This document shows, piece by piece, positions 58,301 to 64,000 of a stretch of 64,000 bases of DNA (the stretch's first letter is position 1; every line of letters begins with the position of its first letter). The notes under the pieces were generated by a model. It saw nothing but the letters and a program-made list of their open reading frames with translations, was not told the DNA's origin and ran no database searches. Source of the stretch: Eledone cirrhosa (Eukaryota); assembly GCA_964016885.1 (NCBI GenBank), contig OZ024744.1, positions 43,338,001 through 43,402,000 on the forward strand, given 5' to 3'. Position numbers and translations under genes: made by a program.

Positions 58301-60606
58301 AAATTTTGATAAAGAAGAGAATACTGATCTCTGAAATAATTCAATCTAACTCAATGAATCTAGTGTAACATTTATCTTCTCATTTGAATCACATGTAATG
58401 TCATTCTTTCTCAGTTATCTCTGATAATGCCCTAAAAAAGTCTAGCTATACTTTTGTCATCATTAAAAGGTCTTTGAGGAAGTCAATAAAATGTTTATTC
58501 TGGATTATTTTATGGAGGTTGCAATAGAAAGTTTGATATTGTTGACTGAATTAAGTAGTTATAAATTTACTGTTGAAAACCTAAATAAGTTACTGAATAA
58601 CTTATTACATGATGTTTAAATTATAACTTACGCTTTTGAGAAGTTTCAGGCTTCATTGCAGCACTGGGAGGGTACACGGTAACATGGTCACCTAGAATAT
58701 ATAAACAACATCATAGTAAACCTACATGTATATATACAAAAAACATTACAAATACATGGAATCAGTTATTACATTGATTATCTCTGATATATAGATATAT
58801 ACACCAGGTACAAACTCATACGGGCCAAACTCCCACTGTCCCTCGCATATATATATATATATATATACATATATTTATATATAGAGAGAATGGATAAATT
58901 GCTGAATAACTTATTAGATGATGTTCAAACTATAACATACCCTTATTAGTTGATTTTGCCTCCATTGAAGCAATGCAAGGGGACTGTGTAATATGGTCAC
59001 CTGGAATATATAAACAAAATCATAGTAAACCTACATGTATATATACAAATAACATTACAAATACAGGAAACAGTTATTAGATTCATTATCTCTGATATAT
59101 ACATATATACACCAGGTCCAAACATATATGGACCAAACTCCCACTGCCACTGCCATTTATATATATATATTTATATATAGTGAAAGGATTCAGGACGCCA
59201 ACTACTTAGATCCGTAAATATACATTTACTACTAAATTTTCTATAATCATGGCAACAGTCCTAATAAAGCAAATTTATTCTTACATACACACACACAGAG
59301 ATTGCACACTCACAAACTCACACTCACACAAACACAAACAAGGCTCACACACACTCAAAAAAGCATCACCGGTGAAACACACCCAAACAGGTACACAATG
59401 AATTAATATACAACCCAATATACCTATATGTATACATCAACATACACATAATACCAACATCACTTCACTTATATATGTACACACAATTTTATTCAATGGG
59501 TCCACCTAACACATTACATAAACTTAGAATGTATACAGATATACAATATAACGTCAATTTGATATTAATGTTGAAACACGTGTAATAGTTTCCTGTACTA
59601 ACTGGTAGGAATGGGTTTGAAATACAACTTACTTTCTTTTGATCCACCTCTTATGTGTGTGCCTGAGTCAGAGACAAGGATCTCTACAGGAGTCACACCT
59701 GGAAAAGATATACAGAAGAAAAGAATAATAAAAGCTAGAAGGCTTTCTTGAGAAGAGTTTGTTGTCAAGTTGAAGAAAGGGTAGAATGAGTTGTCATTTG
59801 TTTAATCAACTAGATCAAATTATACGGTTTGTTCTCTCAAGGACATGCTTACTTTTCCCACAAATCTAAAACTTCCAAAAAGAGTAAAGTGTGGTTAGTC
59901 TTGAATTATGAGAGAAACATTCTATAGTTTCCTACTGGTCCTTAAAATCAGATTTATATAGTCGTTTACCAAATATTTAGGGTACTGGCAGATGTAGTGG
60001 AGAAGACGATGCAGCATATGAACAATGAAGGGTGACAAGAAATTGTGAAGAACTGTAGGATAAAATTTTGATAAAGAAGAGAATACTGATCTCTGAAATA
60101 ATCCAATCTTACTCAATGAATCTAGTGTAACATTTATCTTCTCATTTGAATCACATGTAATGTCATTCTTTCTCAGTTATCTCTGATAATGCCCTAAAAA
60201 AGTCTAGCTATACTTTTGTCATCATTAAAAGGGCTTTGAGGAAGTCAATAAAATGTTTATTCTGGATTATTTTATGGAGGTTGTAATAGAGAGTTTGATA
60301 TTGTTGACTGAATTAAGTAGTTATAAATTTACTGTTGAAAACCTAAATAAGTTACTGAATAACTTATTACATGATGTTTAAATTATAACTTACGCTTTTG
60401 AGAAGTTTCAGGCTTCATTGCAGCACTGGGAGGGTACACGGTAATATGGTCACCTAGAATATATAAACAACATCATAGTAAACCTACATGTATATATATA
60501 AAAAAACATTACAAATATATGGAATCAGTTATTAGATTGATTATCTCTGATATATAGATATATACACCAGGTGCAAACACACATGGACCAAGCTCCCACT
60601 GTCCCT

Positions 60607-60654
<48 letters not shown>

Positions 60655-62371
60655 GAGAGAGAATGGATAAATTACTGAATAACTTATTAGATGATGTTGA
60701 AACTATAACTTACCCTTATTAGTTGATTTTGCCTCCATTGAAGCAATGCAAGGGGACTGTGTAATATGGTCACCTAGAATATATAAACAAAATCATAGTA
60801 AACCTACATGTATATATACAAATAACATTACAAATACAGGAAACAGTTATTAGATTTATTATCTCTGATATATACATATATACACCAGGTCCAAACATAT
60901 ATGGACCAAACTCCTACTGCCACTGCCATTTATATATATATATTTATATATAGTGAAAGGATTCAGGACGCCAACTACTTAGAACCGTAAATATACATTT
61001 ACTACTAAATTTTCTATAATCATGGCAACAGTCCTAATAAAGCAAATTTATTCTTACATACACACATACAGAGATTGCACACTCACAAACTCACACAAAC
61101 ACAAACAGGGCTCACACACACTCAAAAAAGCATCACCAGTGAAACACACCCAAACAGGTACACATTTAATTAATATACAACCCAATATACCTATATGTAT
61201 ACATCAACATACACATAATACCAACATCACTTCACTTATATATGTACACACAATTTTATTCAATGGGTCCACCTAACATATTACATAAACTTAGAATGTA
61301 TACAGATATACAATATAACGTCAATTTGATATTAATGTTGAAACACGTGTAATAGTTTTCTGCACTAACTGGTAGGAATCGGTTTGAAATACAACTTACT
61401 TTCTTTTGATCCACCTCTTATGTGTGTGCCTGAGTCAGAGACAAGGATCTCTACAGGAGTCACACCTGGAAAAAATATACAGAAGAAAAGAATAATAAAA
61501 GCTAGAAGGCTTTCTTGAGAAGAGTTTGTTGTCAAGTTGAAGAAAGGGTAGAATGAGTTGTCATTTGTTTAATCAACTAGATCAAATTATACGGTTTGTT
61601 CTCTCAAGGACATGCTTACTTTTCCCACAAATCTAAAACTTCCAAAAGGAGTAAAGTGTGGTTAGTCTTGAATTATGAGAGAAACATTCTACAGTTTCCT
61701 ACTGGTCCTTAAAATCAGATTTATATAGTGGTTTACCAAATATTTAGGGTACTGGCAGATGTAGTGGAGAGGTGGATGCAGCATATGAACAATGAAGGGT
61801 GACAAGAAATTGTGAAGAACTGTAGGATAAAATTTTGATAAAGAAGAGAATACTGATCTCTGAAATAATTCAATCTAACTCAATGAATCTAGTGTAACAT
61901 TTATATTCTCATTTGAATCACATGTAATGTCATTCTTTCTCAGCTATCTTTGATAATGCCCTAAAAAAGTCTAGCTATACTTTTGTCATCATTAAAAGGT
62001 CTTTGAGAAAGTCAATAAAATGTTTATTCTGGATTATTTTATGGAGGTTGTAATAGAGAGTTTGATATTGTTGACTGAATTAAGTAGTTATAAATTTACT
62101 GTTGAAAACCTAAATAAGTTACTGAATAACTTATTACATGATGTTTAAATTATAACTTACGCTTTTGAGAAGTTTCAGGCTTCATTGCAGCACTGGGAGG
62201 GTACACGGTAATATGGTCACCTAGAATATATAAACAACATCATAGTAAACCTACATGTATATATATAAAAAACATTACAAATAATGGAATCAGTTATTAG
62301 ATTGATTATCTCTGATATATAGATATATACACCAGGTGCAAACACATATGGACCAAACTCCCACTGTCCCT

Positions 62372-62413
<42 letters not shown>

Positions 62414-63997
62414 GAGAGAATGGATAAATTACTGAATAACTTATTATATGATGTTCAAATTATAACTTACCCTTTTTAGTTGATTTTGCCTCCATTGAAG
62501 CAATGCGAGGGGACTGTGTAATATGGCCACCTAGAATATATAAACAAAATCATAGTAAACCTACATGTATATATACAAATAACATTTTAAATACAGGAAA
62601 CAGTTATTAGATTCATTATCTCTGATATATACATATATACACCAGGTCCAAACATATATGGACCAAACTCCTACTGCCACTGCCATTTATATATATATAT
62701 TTATATATAGTGAAAGGATTCAGGACGCCAACTACTTAGATCCGTAAATATACATTTACTACTAAATTTTCTATAATCATGGCAACAGTCCTAATAAAGC
62801 AAATTTATTCTTACATACACACATACAGAGATTGCACACTCACAAACTCACACTCACACAAACACAAACAGGGCTCACACACACTCAAAAAAGCATCACC
62901 GGTGAAACACACCCAAACAGGTACACATTGAATTAATATACAACCCAATATACCTATATGTATACATCAACATACACATAATACCAACATCACTTCACTT
63001 ATATATGTACACACAATTTTATTCAATGGGTCCACCTAACACATTACATAAACTTAGAATGTATACAGATATACAATATAACGTCAATTTGATATTAATG
63101 TTGAAACACGTGTAATAGTTTTCTGCACTAACTGGTAGGAATCGGTTTGAAATACAACTTACTTTCTTTTGATCCACCTCTTATGTGTGTGCCTGAGTCA
63201 GAGACAAGGATCTCTACAGGAGTCACACCTGGAAAAAATATACAGAAGAAAAGAATAATAAAAGCTAGAAGGCTTTCTTGAGAAGAGTTTGTTGTCAAGT
63301 TGAAGAAAGGGTAGAATGAGTTGTCATTTGTTTAATCAACTAGATCAAATTATACGGTTTGTTCTCTCAAGGACATGCATAATTTTCCCACAAATCTAAA
63401 ACTTCCAAAAGGAGTAAAGTGTGGTTAGTCATATGTGGGATGTCTTGAATTATGAGAGAAACATTCTACATTATCCTAATGGTCCTTAAAATCAGATTTA
63501 TATAGTGGTTTACCAAATATTTAGGGTACTGGCAGATGTAGTGGAGAAGAGGATGCAGCATATGAACAATGAAGGGTGACAAGAAATTGTGAAGAACTGT
63601 AGGATAAAATTTTGATAAAGAAGAGAATACTGATCTCTGAAATAATCCAATCTTACTCAATGAATCTAATGTAACATTTATCTTCTCATTTGAATCACAT
63701 GTAATGTCATTCTTTCTCAGCTATCTCTGATAATGCCCTAAAAAAGTCTAGCTATACTTTTGTCATCATTACAAGGTCTTTGAGAAAGTCAATAAAATGT
63801 TTATTCTGGATTATTTTATGGAGGTTGTAATAGAGAGTTTGATATTGTTGACTGAATTAAGTAGTTATGAATTTACTGTTGAAAACCTAAATAAGTTACT
63901 GAATAACTTATTACATGATGTTTAAATTATAACTTACGCTTTTGAGAAGTTTCAGGCTTCATTGCAGCACTGGGAGGGTACACGGTAATATGGTCAC
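329..63997 (-). CDS. Internal part of a putative multi-exon gene encoding a 62-aa tandem-repeat Ser/Thr/Pro-rich protein (3 exons per monomer, 96 exon copies in window; start and stop outside window)
   Basis: Each monomer has three minus-strand segments of 60/66/60 nt between a pyrimidine-rich ...TAG/CAG acceptor and a GTAAGT donor. All are open in phase 1. Joined A-C-B they read SDHITQSPRIASME(A/P)KSTKK-(G/S)DHITVYPPSAAMKPET(S/T)QK-(R/S)VTPVEILVSDSGTHIRGGSKE. There is no transcript evidence; the call rests on splice signals and frame symmetry. Confidence 0.8.
1020..1085 (-). CDS. Exon type B (66 nt, phase 1-1), first copy: xVTPVEILVSDSGTHIRGGSKE
   Basis: Minus strand gtatattttttccag|GTGTGACTCCTGTAGAGATCCTTGTCTCTGACTCAGGCACACACATAAGAGGTGGATCAAAAGAAA|gtaagtt. 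Confidence 0.8.
1795..1854 (-). CDS. Exon type C (60 nt, phase 1-1; paralogue of exon A), first copy: xDHITVYPPSAAMKPETSQK
   Basis: Minus strand tatatattctag|GTGACCATATTACCGTGTACCCTCCCAGTGCTGCAATGAAGCCTGAAACTTCTCAAAAGC|gtaagtt. Phase 0 and phase 2 readings contain TGA, which fixes the frame. Confidence 0.8.
2010..2073. repeat. Variable-length (TA)n microsatellite, one per monomer (representative copy); target of both retroelements
   Basis: Lies between CCCACTGTCCCTCGC and GAGAGAATGG in every monomer; length varies roughly 30-65 bp. Confidence 0.95.
9207..9726 (-). mobile_element. ~520 bp non-autonomous, non-coding PLE-type/retrozyme-like insertion with 5' inversion, in (TA)n
   Basis: Absent from most monomers and flanked by (TA)n. 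9207-9365 is the reverse complement of 9535-9693, and 9483-9515 of 9694-9726. TGAAGATAGACAT recurs at 9207 and 9516 (309-nt period). Contains a hammerhead core. Confidence 0.85.
9330..9372 (-). ncRNA. Minimal type I hammerhead ribozyme
   Basis: Minus strand GTAATC-CTGAAGA-TTTCTAATGAGAAT-GAAA-CGCG-TA^GGTTAC. It has the CUGANGA and GAAA boxes, stem I GUAAUC/GGUUAC, stem II UUCU-AAUG-AGAA and a palindromic CGCG stem III typical of PLE minimal hammerheads. It is enclosed by a 16-bp perfect stem (9308-9323/9381-9396). Confidence 0.88.
13311..13830 (-). mobile_element. Copy of the ~520 bp fold-back hammerhead element (hammerhead at 13434-13476)
   Basis: Same sequence and junctions as 9207-9726 apart from a few SNPs. 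Confidence 0.88.
17399..17918 (-). mobile_element. Copy of the ~520 bp fold-back hammerhead element (hammerhead at 17522-17564)
   Basis: Same sequence and junctions as 13311-13830. Confidence 0.88.
21490..22009 (-). mobile_element. Copy of the ~520 bp fold-back hammerhead element (hammerhead at 21613-21655)
   Basis: Same sequence and junctions; G>C at 21491. Confidence 0.88.
30962..31638 (-). repeat. 3' pseudo-LTR of the PLE
   Basis: Near-identical direct repeat of 34843-35519. Confidence 0.92.
31000..31074 (-). ncRNA. Type I hammerhead ribozyme motif in 3' pseudo-LTR
   Basis: Minus strand ...TATTTTGT-CTGAGGA-(AGGCATAGCATATTGTTAATATGATATCCCC)-GAAA-TATATA-TA^ATGAAATA. Confidence 0.7.
31855..32135. 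repeat. A-rich low-complexity tract with short (AAAATATTACRTATT)-like repeats in the PLE 3' UTR
   Basis: Runs of AAAAAT/AATAA and about five degenerate AAAATATTAC(G/A)TATT copies at ~31965-32065. Confidence 0.75.
32492..33148 (-). CDS. PLE linker + GIY-YIG endonuclease (C-terminal part of the same ORF, after the frameshift)
   Basis: CNCRDRSKCPLNNNCL Cys linker, VVY...YVGST (GIY-YIG variant), FKLRYNNH, CDLCAEE, LN, CCKH. The annotated start is a TTG beside the C8 run, not a real start. Confidence 0.92.
   Translation of the reverse strand: MPPPLSLNIKTHIAKLFFKALDNRFPRTHRYHSIFNRHTIKLTYSSTKNLAQNINRINNRNLKPSDNSINNIQVNKCNCRDRSKCPLNNNCLVKNVVYNCNVNTDSNSFNYVGSTSTEFKLRYNNHKNSFTDPSKKSSTALSGVLWQLKLDNVRYSMAWNIVSRGIPFNSSSETCDLCAEEIFFILKSKNSLNLRTNLFSCCKHRLNSTFKYKFKFKM
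33120..34706 (-). CDS. PLE reverse transcriptase (N-terminal 528 aa of a frameshifted single ORF)
   Basis: Motif A FIQLDIANYYSSIT, motif B' FDITMGSSDSAQVTDLVG, catalytic GLYRDDML, VNFLDITLNL, thumb YVNFNSNHP. Ends at IIWFAPP, where the frame breaks. Confidence 0.95.
   Translation of the reverse strand: MEFFKITSSLKDIPLPRNKDFIKQLIDKSDSFIRRIRWRAFHFDKSNADENVSDLNKVFKSKRNPPPNKLLSDFENDIISIIQGVKFKRNFKGQEYLKGIKDNIESLEKTEKILVKSDKTNNLYGVRKDMYNGLILKELRKKYKVADKAELEKMNVEASCIMHELEIENRTQPFMPRKPKINMKDHKRNFENDLPVRLIAPSKSDLGKLSKNILDRVIQQIKNLDCVSNLSLWKGTGEVVEWFRQIKYNNNNRFIQLDIANYYSSITPSLLNKALNYAFKHTDLTSKEMHIILSARKTLIEFNDKLWTRADRDSNFDITMGSSDSAQVTDLVGLFLINSLHRKIPGTTGGLYRDDMLLLINNNNPELNRKCKQITKFFNYFNLKIEIENNHRIVNFLDITLNLNTCLHYPFHKLNENLNYVNFNSNHPRSVKNTIVNSVQKRISRISSNRKIFDEKAQYYNEALARAGYADKIVYIDNDRQTKQSNNFFNYGNNINNYNRKHYNNSKGQKRNRTRNIIWFAPPFITKH
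34843..35519 (-). repeat. 5' pseudo-LTR of the PLE
   Basis: Direct repeat of 30962-31638, upstream of the RT ATG at 34706. Confidence 0.92.
34881..34957 (-). ncRNA. Type I hammerhead ribozyme motif in 5' pseudo-LTR
   Basis: Same core. Stem I AUAUU(G)UAUUUUGU pairs with AUGAAAUAAAUAU; stem II contains the CATATT-GTT-AATATG hairpin; palindromic AUAU loop III. Confidence 0.72.
35514..35805 (+). repeat. Inverted 5' segment of the PLE (reverse complement of 34754-35045)
   Basis: AAAATTTTTTCACTGCCAGC...ATAACTTTCCAT is the reverse complement of ATGGAAAGTTAT...GCTGGCAGTGAAAAAATTTT. AAAATT microhomology at the junction. Confidence 0.93.
35602..35678 (+). ncRNA. Type I hammerhead ribozyme motif in the inverted PLE segment
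   Basis: CTGAGGA at 35616-35622, GAAA at 35654-35657, predicted cleavage after A35665. Confidence 0.7.
63938..63997 (-). CDS. Exon type C, most 5' exon copy visible in the window
   Basis: Same 60-nt sequence with tag| acceptor at 63998-64000 and gtaagt donor at 63932-63937. Confidence 0.75.
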
Positions 63998-64000
63998 CTA

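Larger units (their letters stand above)
272..64000. repeat. Tandem array of 32 ~1.78-1.80 kb monomers (continues beyond both window edges), interrupted by retroelement insertions
   Basis: Anchor GAGAGAATGGATAAATTACTGAATAAC (occasionally with a 1-nt variant) recurs at ~272, 2074, 3871, 5662, 7457, 9753, 11551, 13858, 15639, 17946, 19727, 22037, 23822, 25603, 27400, 29177, 35823, 37614, 39413, 41175, 42947, 44712, 46494, 48280, 50045, 51827, 53611, 55373, 57122, 58884, 60655 and 62414. Copies differ by scattered SNPs, small indels and (TA)n length. Confidence 0.98.

Noticed and set aside
272-64000. CRISPR, rDNA/5S, tRNA, snRNA or histone tandem array
   Set aside because: No repeat-spacer pattern and no recognisable structural RNA or histone sequence in the monomer.

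Overview
Eukaryotic, very AT-rich DNA, probably from an invertebrate animal (inference from the GT-AG splice sites, (TA)n tracts and Penelope-type element). Almost the whole window is a head-to-tail array of 32 copies of a ~1.78-1.80 kb unit. It looks like a non-coding satellite and the ORF track finds nothing real in it. On the minus strand, however, each unit carries three short exons (60, 66 and 60 nt) with AG/GT(A/T)AGT-type splice sites. All are phase 1-1 and normally stop-free. Spliced, they give a 62-aa Ser/Thr/Pro-rich repeat, so the window appears to be the interior of a giant repetitive gene with 96 exon copies (~2,000 aa if all were included); a few copies are frameshifted or have lost a splice site. 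One (TA)n tract in the unit has been hit by two retroelements. The first is a ~520 bp non-coding fold-back element: a circularly permuted 309-nt monomer with a minimal hammerhead ribozyme, now in 5 copies through higher-order duplication. The second is a ~4.85 kb Penelope-like element (RT plus C-terminal GIY-YIG, Nematis-like) with pseudo-LTRs, a 5' inversion, hammerhead motifs and one homopolymer frameshift. Both are co-oriented with the putative host gene.
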